Below, piece by piece: positions 22,225 to 33,634 of a stretch of 64,000 bases of DNA. Source of the DNA: Pristiophorus japonicus (taxonomy: Eukaryota); contig NC_091990.1 of NCBI RefSeq assembly GCF_044704955.1, positions 177,630,001 through 177,694,000 on the forward strand, given 5' to 3'. The translations under genes and the position numbers were made by a program. The notes under the pieces are model-generated. The model was not told the DNA's origin. It did not search any database and worked only from the letters and a program-made list of their open reading frames with translations. Each line of letters opens with the position of its first letter. Positions within the stretch are counted from its first letter, which is position 1.

Positions 22225-23640
22225 GGCCCAGATTTTGCGGTCAGCGGCGAAAGAACAACACTCGCCGTTTACAGCTTATAGTTGGTATGACTGCACTGGG
22301 TTGTGGGTGAGTTTAAGGGGTGGTTAGTGAGATGTGGATGCAACAATGTAGTTGGAGAGAGAGGGATGGGTGGAGATGCAAGGTACGCTGGTGTGAGTAA
22401 GGATGTGCAGGAGTAGCTCATGGTCTACAGGGCTGTAGTAATACCCACCCTCTTGTATGGATCAGATGCATGGACACTGTACAGAAGACACCTCAAGTCG
22501 CTGAAGATATATCACCAACGATGTCGCCGCAAGATCCTGCAAATTCCCTGGGAGGACAGGCGCACCAACATCAGTGTCCTTGCCCAGGCTAACATCCCCA
22601 GCATTGAAGCACTGACCACACTCAATTAGCTTCTCTGGACAGGCCACATAGTTCGCATGCCAGACACGAGACTCCCTAAACAATTGCTCTATGCGGAGCT
22701 CCTTCATGGCAAACGAGCCAAAGGTGGGCAGCAGAAACGTAACAAGGGCACCCTCAAAGTCTCCCTGGTGAAGTGCGACATCACCACTGACACCTGGGAG
22801 TCTCTGACCGAAGACTTCCCTAGGTGGGGAAAGTGCATCCGGGAGGGCATTGAGCTCTTCGAATCTCAACGCCGCGAGCGAGAAGAGGTCAGGCGCAGGC
22901 AGCGGAAGGAGCTTGTGGCAAATTGGTCCCACCCACCCCTTCCCCCGACAAAAGTCTGTCCCACCTGTGACAGGGTCTGTGGCTCCCCTATTGGACTGTT
23001 CAGCCACCAAAGAACTCACTTTAGAAGTGGAAGCAAGTCTTCTTCGATTCAGAGAACTGCCTATGATGATGATGATGCAGGAGTAGGGTAGGGAAGACAG
23101 AGTGATGGGGATGTGATGATAGGAACAGGAGGATGAAGCGGAGTGTGACTTTGTACTAACGTTTCGTGATCTACTGAGATCATTGAAAGGTTTGCGCCAC
23201 TGCACCCAGGTCCTCCTGACGACAGCCCTGCTTGTGACCTCCTCTGCAATGTGCAACCAGGCTGTGTTGGTCTTCTGGGGATGTCTCTTCTGCCCATAGG
23301 AAGGGACGAGGACCTCCTTGTATGCTATGAATCCCTCCATAAGCATATAGAGGGAGTCATGGGAGAACTTGGATGCAGCCCTACACCTCTGTGCAGTGAT
23401 TGTCAGTATTTGCAGCACCTCAGTGCTGTAGACCACTGACAGCACAACTGTAAAATCAATGTGGACAAGGTCCCTTTAAGGAAATTGGCTGATGACCTGT
23501 CATCAAATTACATCACCAGAACTATTTCCTCTAATTGCACTGGGAAACACGCTGGGCAGGCTTTAAAAGCCCCATCAACGTAAGTGCCTTTTAGGCAGTG
23601 GTATGGAACCAGCAGCGGGGTGCAATGTGCCAAGATAGGA
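22225..23640 (-). mobile_element. Harbinger-derived Myb/SANT remnant interrupted by an RTE
   Basis: ASKFSHDSLYMLMEG...AWLHIAEEVTSRAVVRRTWVQWRKPFNDLSR is a Myb/SANT-like motif. Confidence 0.7.
22417..23075 (+). mobile_element. RTE LINE 3' fragment with TSD (TGCAGGAGTAG)
   Basis: VYRAVVIPTLLYGS..W, LPKQLLYAEL, CPTCDRVC...GLFSHQRTH, (GAT)n tail, and a flanking direct repeat. Confidence 0.92.
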
Positions 23641-24080
23641 AAATCCCCACCAAAGGTGGAATTAAAAGAGAGAGATAAAAGAGTCATATTAATTAATTAA
23701 TTAATTTTTAAATATCTCTTCAGAATAATTTAAATTTGAAGGAATAAGACTCCACACGTAAAATAAATTTTCAGGGCCAGAGAGGTTGTTTGGCAGTAAT
23801 TAAGACTGCTGACACCATTTAAAAAATCGCTTACATTTCAATGGACAAGCCCAAACTTTTTCTGTCGTGTTTAGTGGGTAACTTTTGAGTAAGTACCACA
23901 ACTTCATGCCCTTCATGTGTTTGAATGCCAAGTCTCTCAGTGAGGTAGCAGTGTAGCGAAGCTTGTGCAGGTGCAGGGCAAATCGGACAGTAACTTCCTG
24001 ATTTTCACATTTAACTGCGCAAGTGCAGATGCTGGAAGTTGCTGTCCAATTTACTCCTTAGTAATGGTGAGCGCTGATAT

Positions 24081-25151
24081 ATTAGTGTGAATAGAGGATT
24101 GGCCAACTAACAGAAAACGGTGAGTCAGGATAAATAAGTAATTACAGGTTGGCAAACTGTAACTAGTGGGGTGCCACAGGTTCAGTACTGGGGCCTCAAC
24201 TATTTACAATCCATATTAATGACTTGGATGAAGGAACCGAGTGTAATGTAGCCAAATTTGCTGATGATACAAAGATAGGTGGGAAAGCAAGTTGTGAGGA
24301 GGATGCAAAGTATTTGTAACGGGATATAGATAGGTTAAGTCAGTGGGCAAAAATTTGGCAGATGGAGTATAATGTGGAAAAATGTGAGGTTATCCGCTTT
24401 GGTAGGAAAAATAAAAGTGCAAATTATTATTTAAACGGGGAGAGATTCCAAAATTCTGTGGTACAGAAAAGGGGGTCCTTGTACATGAAACACAAAAAGT
24501 TAGCAAGCAGGTACAACAAGTAATTAGGAAGGAAAATGGAATTTTTGCCTTTATTGCAAGGGGGATGGAGTATAAAAGTAGGGAAGTCCTGCTACAACAG
24601 TACAGGGTGTTGGGCATTGGTGTATAGTTTTGGTCTCCTTATTTATGGAGGGATATACTTGCATTGGAAGCAGTTCAGAGAAGGTTCACGAGGTTGATTC
24701 CTGAGATGAAGGGGTTGTCATATGAAGAAAGGTTGAGCTGTTGGGTCTATATTCATTGGAATTTAGAAGACTGAGAGGTGATCTTATTGAAACATATAAG
24801 ATTCTGAGGGGCTTGACAAGGGAGATGCAGAGAGGATGTTTCCCCTAGGGGGCATAGTTTCAGAATAAAGGGTCGCCCATTTAAAATGGAAATGAGGAGG
24901 AATTTCTTCTCTCAGAGGGTCGTGAATCTTTAGAATTCTCCGCCCCAGAGAGCTGTGGAGGCTGAGTCATTGAAAGTATTTAAGGTGGAAATAGACAGAT
25001 TTTTGAGCGATAAGGGAGTCAAGGGTTATGGGGAGTGGGCAGGGAAGTAGAGTTGAGGTAAAGATCAGATCAGCCATGATCTTATTGAATGACGGAGCAG
25101 GCTCGAGGGGCCAAATGGCCTACATCTGATCCTACTTTTTATGTTCTTATG
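24081..25151 (+). mobile_element. CR1 LINE 3' fragment, degraded
   Basis: GVPQ.SVLGP, FADDTK and a TTATGTTCTTATG tail. Confidence 0.9.
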
Positions 25152-26597
25152 ACAGCCCCACCATGATTCCTACCACAAAATCCAGGCAGTTGTGTTTTTG
25201 TACCCAGCCTTGAATATGCTAAGGTACTGGGCAGGCAAGTTTAAGGAAATACTGTTCATTACATACTGGACTATATATTTTAAGTTGAGTAATTGAAGGA
25301 AAAGGCCATATTAAGAACTTATCCTGAAGTCTACTTTGAAAAAGGAAGCCTAAGAGAAATAATTTGTATTTAAGAACCTGTATGCAGAGTTTTATTTCTG
25401 CATTTCTAAGATGCTAGATGACTAGTGAAAATTCATTGTTCCTCTTTTAAGCAAGTTTTGCACTTTAGTCACCATACAATCTGAATGATGAATGGTCATA
25501 TATTTCACCATTTCTTCATGTGACTATTATTATCAGCTATTTGAGAGAATGCTTGTGGTACTATATTGAGCTCTACAAAGTACTGCTCCTAAAAGCAAAT
25601 GGATGATTAGTAGAGACATTTACCACTTTATAGAAATGTCTGGATCAATAGCAACACAACAAATACATATCGCTTACAGGGCAAATTACTGTGAAGAACT
25701 GCAGAATAGAAAATAGGATTCTGACAAAGGGAAAGCTACAAAAAAACAATGGCCGAGAAACATTTCCGAACCGACCTCCAGGCACCCAGGCTGCAGAGAA
25801 TTCGGGTCTCGGGCCTCCAGATGTACGTCTGCGTAAAGGCCCAGGGTTCCCAGGGACACAGGCAGTTGGGAACATGTGGGCCAAGTATCCAAACACAAAG
25901 GAAGATTCCATTGCAGTCATTTCCAAACGGAATCCCCTAATGACATGCAGTGGAATCCCCAAATAATTGAACAATTTACACAAATCTAATAAATATAAAT
26001 GTTATGAATTTCAGTTTTATTCATAAGTCCCTTCATTACACCAAATACAATAAAAATGTAATTTTTTGAAAAATTATGTTAAACATCTTACTCCAGGTCA
26101 ATATTTGCATAAACTAATTTAAAGTGTTTATGCATCATTTTTTATTTTTAAATGTTTAATTTAAGATTGATAGTAACCCTTATACAGTACTGCTGAAAGT
26201 TGGCCCTAAACATGCTTTTATCAACCCCGTTTCATGGCCAATTGTTGGACAGTTATTGGGCAAACAGCCCAACTCGGCGCCAGCAATACTGATTTTACTT
26301 TCGGTTTGGTAGATCCGTCGAGGCGTCTTTTGACAGATCGCAAGCTCATGCGGAAACCCAGAAGTTGCAGAACCTTTCCGACAGTGTATTCTGTGCAGCG
26401 CCATCGAAGAAAGCACTTTACAGCCAATGAAGTACTTTTGGAGTGTAGTCACTGTTGTGACGTAGGAATTAGCAATAAAGTACTCTGCTATTATGAAATT
26501 AAATACCATTAATTTAACTTCTAATAAAATAAAAGAAAAAACTTGTATAGCATGTCTCAATGTCCTTCACAGGAAGTGAATTATTTTCTGTAATATA

Positions 26598-27670
26598 GGG
26601 CCCAAGTTTCCACATGATTTGCGCCTGATTTTTAGGAGCAACTGGTGGAGAACGGACTATCTTAGAAATCGCAATTCTCCACATTTTTTTTTCTGCAGTT
26701 CTCGTCAGGTAGAACAGTTCGAGTTTGGAACAGAATTTTTTCTTCAAAAGGGGGCCACTGACGCCTGATTTGAAAGTTTCCACAGTGAAAATGTACTCCA
26801 AACTAAAGTAGAATGGAGCAAGTGAAGATTTTTGTAGAACTGAAAAAACCTGTTCTACACATTAAAAAATCAGGCGCAGGTTACAAATCAGGCGTCCAGA
26901 ACGAGGTGGGGGGGGGGAGGGGAACTCATTAAATTCTACAATAAATTCTTATTTATACTTATACAATTATTATACAAATAAAGCCAACCTGAATAAACAT
27001 TTATAAGCAAAGAAAAGATTAAATAAACCATCTTCCTACCTGTGTGAAAGTGCTTCAGCCAGGAAGAATGGTGCAGCAAGCGTCACAAAACGAGGCAGCC
27101 GTTACCGAACGCAGGCGGGAGGGAGGGGAGGAGGGAGCCGACAAAACGCAGGGGGGGGGAGCCGACCGAACGCGGGGGGGGGGGGAAAGAGAGAAGGCTG
27201 CAAGAAGCCTCAAAAATTGAGGAGCCATTTCCCGACGGCAAAAGGGGGAGGTCGTCGGGAAACGGCTGGCTCAACTTTCTGAGGCTTCCTGCACCCTTCT
27301 CACTGCTACAAGAAGCCTCAGTGCTGATGTGCTGATGGCAATGTACTTTTATAAAAAAATGTTCAAAAACTAAATAGCTGCAAAGAACTACAAAAATGGC
27401 CGACTGCCAATGTTTTTTTCACACTGCGCGTGTGCGAACGCTCCAATGCGCACACGCAGCGTTGCCGGCAGGAAAAAAACGAATTAAAATAGTACCCGCC
27501 CCCTCCCACTTACAAAATCGGCGCGAGTGTAGGCTCCGCCCCCCTGGGCGCCGCGCTAGGCAGACAAGGAGCTGCAAAGCGCTCGAGAATCGCGAGTTTT
27601 TTATTAGGCGCGAAAAACGGGCGCCCAGCTCAGAGGGGCGCCCTTTTTTTTCGTGAGGAAACTTGGGCCC
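26598..27670. mobile_element. Non-autonomous Harbinger-type element (MITE-like, 1073 bp)
   Basis: Perfect 14-bp TIR GGGCCCAAGTTTCC / GGAAACTTGGGCCC with a 3-bp TSD ATA (26595-26597, 27671-27673); no coding motifs. Confidence 0.88.
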
Positions 27671-27673
27671 ATA

Positions 27674-27940
27674 GTCACTGTTATTATGGAGGCAAAAACA
27701 ACAGCTACCTTACAAATAGCAAGGTCCCACAAACAATAATGTGATAAATGCGCAATTAATCTGTCTTAGTGGTTGAGGGATAAATGTTGACCAGGGTACC
27801 AGCAGCACTCCATTCCTCTGCTTCTTAGATAGTGCCATGGAATCTTTTACATCCAGCTGAGCAGGCAGGCTATCAATTTACAGTCTCATCTAAATAACGA
27901 CACCTTCATCAGCGTGGCACTCCTTCAGTACTGTGCTCAG
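27674..27940 (-). mobile_element. Degraded Deu-type SINE fragment (minus strand)
   Basis: Reverse-complement similarity to the body of the SINE at 41780-42241. Confidence 0.55.
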
Positions 27941-28068
27941 GTCACAGCTTTCTACTTAACAAAGCAGATTGACGGCACGCACCCAGAGTGCAAATTGCTA
28001 CCCCATTCAGAACGCAAGATAAATGGTATGGAGAATGGATATTTCACTGCTGCAATAGTAGATGTGTT

Positions 28069-31000
28069 ACATAAGAACATAAGAACATCAGAATTAGGAA
28101 CAGGTGTAGGCCATCTAGCCCCTCGAGCCTGCTCCGCCATTCAATAAGATCATGGCTGATTTGGCCGTGGACTCAGCTCCACTTACCCGCCCTCTCCCCG
28201 TAACCCTTAATTCCCTTATTGGTTAAAAATCTATCTATCTTTGACTTGAAAACATTCAATGAGCCAGCCTCAACTGCTTCCTTGGGCAGAGAATTCCAGA
28301 GATTCACAACCCTCTGGGAGAAGAAATTCCTTCTCAACTCGGTTTTAAATTGGCTACCCGTATGTTGAGGCTGTGCCCCCTAGTTTTAGTCTCCCCTACC
28401 AGTGGAAACAACCTCTCTGCCTCTATCTTGTCTATCCCTTTTATGATTTTAAATGTTTCTATAAGATCAGCCCTCATCCTTCTGAACTCCAACGAGTAAA
28501 GACCCAGTCTACTCAATCTATCATCATAAGGTAACCCCCTCATCTCCGGAATCAGCCGAGTGAATCGTCTCTGTACCCCCTCCAAAGCCAGTACATCCTT
28601 CCTTAAGTAAGGTGACCAAAACTGCACGCAGTACTCCAGGTGCGGCCTTACCAATACCCTATGCAGTTGCAGCAGGACCTCCCTGCTTTTGTACTCCATC
28701 CCTCTCGCAATGAAGGCCAACATTCCATTCGCCTTTCTGATTACCTGCTGCACCTGCAAACTAACTTTTTGGGATTCATACACAAGGACCATCAGCCGGT
28801 CCAGGCAGCGGGCGGTCGAGGGGGTCGTTCAACCTGACTGCCTGCCTCTCTTCCGCTCTTACATCCGGTCCAGGGTGTCCTTGGAGATGGAGCACGCGGG
28901 GTCCACCGGTACGCTCGCGGCCTTCCGTGAGAGGTGGGCACCGGAGGGACTGGAGTGCATCATCACGCCCGGCAACCAAATTTTAATTTGATTTTACCTT
29001 TTAAAGTTTAATTTGTTTTAATTGCCGGTGCTTTTAGTGTCCCCTTCCCTTTTATAGGGGGCACTGGAAAAATCTGATTTTAGCGCCCAAAAAAAAACCA
29101 AAAAAAAATGAAAAACACAAAAAAAAACCAAAAAAAGGAAAAAAGGGCCTTGTAAATGTCTGGTGTGTCACCCAGGTCGGGTGGAACGGTTTAATGTTTT
29201 ATGTTTTTGCAGGTGAACTCCAAAAAGAGTTTCATACACAAGGACCCCCAGGTCCCTCTGCACCTCAGCATGTTGTAATTTCTCCCCATTCAAATAATAT
29301 TCCCTTTTACTGTTTTTTTTCCAAGGTGGATGACCTCACACTTTCCGACATCGTATTCCATCTGCCAAACCTTAGCCCATTCGCTTAACCTATCTAAATC
29401 TCTTTGCAGCCTCTCTGTGTCCTCTACACAACCTGCTTTCCCACTAATCTTAGTGTCATCTGCAAATTTTGTTACACTACACTCTGTCCCCTTTTCCAGG
29501 TCATCTATGTATATTGTAAACATTTGTGGTCCCAGCACCGATTCCTGTGGCACACCACTAACCACCGATTTCCAACCCGAAAAGGACCATTTATCCCGAC
29601 TCTCTGCTTTCTGTTCGCCAGCCAATTCTCGATCCATGCTAATACATTTCCTCTGACGCCGCGTACTCTATCTTCTGCAGTAACCTTTTGTGTGGCACCT
29701 TATCGAATGCCTTTTGGAAATCTAAATACAGCACATCCATCGGTACACCTCTATCCACCATGCTCATTATATCCTCAAAGAATTCCAGTAAATTAGTTAA
29801 ACATGATTTCCCCCTCATGAATCCATGCTGCGTCTGCTTGATTGCACTATTCCTATCTAGATGTCCCGCTATTTCTTCCTTAATGATAGTTTCAAGCATT
29901 TTCCCCACTACAGATGTTAAACTAACCGGCCTATAGTTACCTGCCTTTTGTCTGCCCTCTTTTTTAAACAGAGGCGTTACATTAGCTGCTTTCCAATCCG
30001 CTGGTACCGCCCCAGTGTCCAGATAATTTTGGTAGATTATAACGAATGCATCTGCTATAACTTCCGCCATCTCTTTTAATACCCTGGGATGCATTTCATC
30101 AGGACCAGGGGACTTGTCTACCTTGAGTCCCATTAGCCTGTCCAGCACTACCTCCCTAGTGATAGTGATTATCTCAAGGTCCTCCCTTCCCACATTCCTG
30201 TGACCAGCAATTTTTGGCATGGTTTTTGTGTCTTCCACTGTGAAGACCGAAGCAAAATAATTGTTTAAGATCTCAGCCATTTCCACATTTCCCATTATTA
30301 AATCCCCCTTCTCATCTTCTAAGGGACCAACATTTACTTTAGTCACTCTTTTCCGTTTTATATATCGGTAAAAGCTTTTATTATCTGTTTTTATGTTTTG
30401 CGCAAGTTTACCTTCGTAATCTATCTTTCTTTTCTTTATTGCTTTTTTAGTCATTCTTTGCTGTTGTTTAAAATTTTCCCAATCCTCTAGTTTCCCACTA
30501 ATCTTGGCCACCTTATACGCATTGGTCTTTGATTTGATACTCTCCTTTATTTCCTTGGTTATCCATGGCTGGTTATCCCTTCTCTTGCCGCCCTTCTTTT
30601 TCACTGGAATATATTTTTGTTGCGCACTATGAAAGAGCTCCTTAAAAGTCCTCCACTGTTCCTCAATTGTGCCACCGTTTAGTCTTTGTTTCCAGTCTAC
30701 TTTAGCCAACTCTGCCCTCATCCCACTGTAGTCCCCTTTGTTTAAGCATAGTACGCTTGTTTCTGACACAACTTCCTCACCCTCAATCTGTATTACAAAT
30801 TCAACCATACTGTGATCACTCATTCTGAGAGGATCTTTTACTAGGAGATCGTTTATTTTTCCTGTCTCATTACACAGGACCAGATCTAAGATGGCTTGCT
30901 CCCTTGTAGGTTCTGTTACATACTGTTCTAAGAAACAATCCCGTATGCATTCTGTGAATTCCTCCTCCAGGCTACCCCGTGCGATTTGAGTTGACCAATC

Positions 31001-31752
31001 GATATGTCGGTTAAAATCCCCCATGACTACTGCCGTTCCTTTTTCACATGCCTCCATTATTCCCTTGATTATGGTCCGTCCCACCGTGAAGTTATTATTT
31101 GGGGGCCTATAAACTATGCCCACCAGTGACTTTTTGCCCTTACTATCTCTAATCTCCATCCACAATGATTCAACAGTTTGTTCATTGGAGCCAATATCGT
31201 CTCTCACGACTGCCCTGATATCATCCTTTATTAACAGAGCTACCCCACCTCCTTTCCCTTCTTGTCTATCTTTCCGAATCGTCAGATACCCCTGTATGTT
31301 TAATTCCCAGTCTTGGCCACCCTGCAACCACATTTCTGTAATGGCCACCAAATCATACCCATTTGTAATGATTTGTGCTGTCAACTCATTTACTTTATTT
31401 CGAATGCCGCATGCATTTAGGTAGAGTGTTTTAATCCTCGTTTTTAAACCATGATTTTTAGTTTTGACCCCTCCTGCAGCCCCTTTATATTCAGTGGCCC
31501 TTTTTGTTTTTTGCCTTGGGTTTCTCTGCCCTCCACTTTTACTCATCTCCTTTCTGTCTTTTGCTTTTGTCTCCTTTTTGTTTCCCTCTGTCTCCCTGCA
31601 TTGGTTCCCATCCCCCTGCCATATTAATTTAACTCCTCCCCAACAGCACTAGCAAACATTCCCCCTAGGGCATTGGTTCCGGTCCTGCCCAGGTGCAGAC
31701 CATCCGGTTTGTACTGGTCCCACCTCCCCCAGAACCTGTTCCAATGCCCCAA
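28069..31752 (-). mobile_element. CR1 LINE: ORF1 C-terminus (SGNH-esterase DGLH motif), near-complete ORF2 (APE endonuclease + RT, one frameshift) and 3' tail
   Basis: ORF 29639-31546 has YLNA, AITEMW, GDFN, LDLV, SDH and RT motifs; FADD lies in 29290-29637; KPDGLHLG is at about 31690; (CATAAGAA)n tail at 28069-28087. Confidence 0.96.
28791..29230 (+). mobile_element. 5'-truncated Tx1/L1-like LINE 3' end inserted in CR1 ORF2, 16-bp TSD
   Basis: TSD TTCATACACAAGGACC at 28775-28790 and 29231-29246. ORF end SRQRAVEG...CLPLFRSYIRSRVSLE.EHA....AFRERWAPEG..C resembles a Tx1-type ORF2 C-terminus. A-rich tract at about 29089-29124. Confidence 0.72.
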
Positions 31753-32299
31753 TCTTCTGGGGCTACAGTGCATTTGTGGGGGGGGCGGGGGGAGGCAAAG
31801 TCGAAGGAGCTTTAATCTGCATCTATGATATATCTAACCTGGAAGTACTTGATACTGACACTGACTGCTCAGTACAGCAAAGCATACCATTTTCCAAGAA
31901 TAATATCCCTCATCTTAATGAGCACAAAATTAAAAACTAAAAAAAGGTTTCTTTTCAATCGCATCTATAAATAATTACATGGTCGTTGTCTTTGTTTAAG
32001 GGTCAAATTAATGATTCACTCCCAGGGCTGAAGTGCTAACTCATGTTTGCTGCAATATTTTCCTACAGACCATTTCGATTGTCAGCACTGTGAAGATCAA
32101 TCATTTAGCAAGCAGCAGGACAAACTGGTAAGTAGGTCAACTGAAATCTGAAAAGGATTAATTTAATTTTGAAAATGCTCAACATTGAATATTGGTTACA
32201 AATTTCATAATGTGGCAAAAGTTCAAATACTTCGAGATGAAGGTCAGAATTTCTGATTAATAGTAGGTCTGCTAGCATTGTCCGTGCTAAGTTTCCAGC

Positions 32300-32330
32300 T
32301 ACAGTCTCTGTCTTATCTGTTGGTTTTCTT

Positions 32331-32362
<32 letters not shown>

Positions 32363-32790
32363 TTCTGCCTTTCTCTCTGCTCTCTTTTGCTTCTTTCTTT
32401 CCTCATTTGTTTCTCTATCTTTTGAGGTTCTTTCTCCAGCCTCTGTCTTCCTTTTTTCTTGCATTCTGTCTCCCACATTCTGTTTTTTGCCGTCTTTGTC
32501 GTCTTGGTATTGCTGGAGTTTTCTCTATATCCACTTTTTCTCTCGCTCTTCTGCTGCCTTGCTGCAGCTTTTCCATCTCTATTTATCTTCATTTATCTTT
32601 CCCTATATTCTTCGCTTCTGGTTGTATTATTTTTTGGTTCTCTCTCAGGGTATGAAGGGGAGTGGAGGGGAGGAAGAGAGAGAGAGAGGGGGAAGGGGAG
32701 GGAGTGAGGATTGGAATGAGGGGAGGGGAGCAAGAGGGAGGAGAAGGGAAGTGGAGGGGGAGAGGAGAGAGAGGGAAGGGAAAGAGCAGA
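32300..32790. repeat. Low-complexity CT-rich tract followed by a GA-rich tract upstream of the dioxygenase ATG
   Basis: (CT)n at about 32330-32351 and pyrimidine-rich to about 32645, then nearly pure purine at 32655-32790. Confidence 0.85.
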
Positions 32791-32877
32791 GAATTTTCTT
32801 GATTTATGAGATTTAAATCATTTTGTTCTATCTTTATTTACTGAAAGCTCTTAAGAAGCTAGATTCCTTGGAAGACG

Positions 32878-33030
32878 ATGAGCATTGAAGTGGTTGACTT
32901 TGGCTCATTTGGCTTTGGAAAAGCTGAGCCCTCGGACAATGAAATGGAACGATTATCCACAGCGATTTTAAGGGCCTTCGGTGAGATTGGCTTTGTGTAC
33001 CTCAAAAACACAGGGATCGAAGAACAAAAT
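32878..33030 (+). CDS. Dioxygenase exon 1
   Basis: MSIEVVDFGSFG...AFGEIGFVYLKNTGIEEQN followed by a GTGTGT donor. Confidence 0.88.
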
Positions 33031-33634
33031 GTGTGTATCCATTTTATTGTCTCATTATATGTATTTATAGTGCTCCCTTACTGTATGCTAATGCATGCCA
33101 CATATGTATTAACAATGTCGATGTAAACGGTGATTCAGTTCAACTATTCAACAATAACCCATGGCTGGGTCTGTGTCATAAAGCAATTAATACTTTACAG
33201 GTTTAATAACTTCATCAACTGAAGGAATAATGTACAAGCAATTATAAATGCCATCTAAATCCTGACACCACACCTTCAATATTTGAATATATAGTTATTC
33301 TGTACTTTACATTAGAGACCTTTATATGAAGAGAATTCTGTTTGATATTGTAAATAATTCAGTCAGTAACCAGACTGCCATGCTTGCCACAAGACATCCG
33401 CATTGTGCCCTCCCCTCTGCTATCCCCTGCAACTACCGATTTGATGTCTCTCTTCTATTCAGGTCCTCATATGACTAGTCCCACCACCTCTATGTAATTA
33501 CTTCCTAGCTGGGGTCCTTTCCATCATTTCCCGAGAGTATTGTATATGTTCCCAGCGCATTGAAATATCTTCACATGATGTGTAACTGCACACAGGTCAC
33601 ACTTTGTCATTACTCCAGTGTACTTGACTCTGTG

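Noticed and set aside
22462-23445. 327-aa ORF as a domesticated Myb/SANT gene
   Set aside because: Chimera of a Harbinger Myb exon running into antisense RTE sequence.
32105-32816. Several charged or hydrophobic ORFs
   Set aside because: Products of CT/GA low-complexity sequence.
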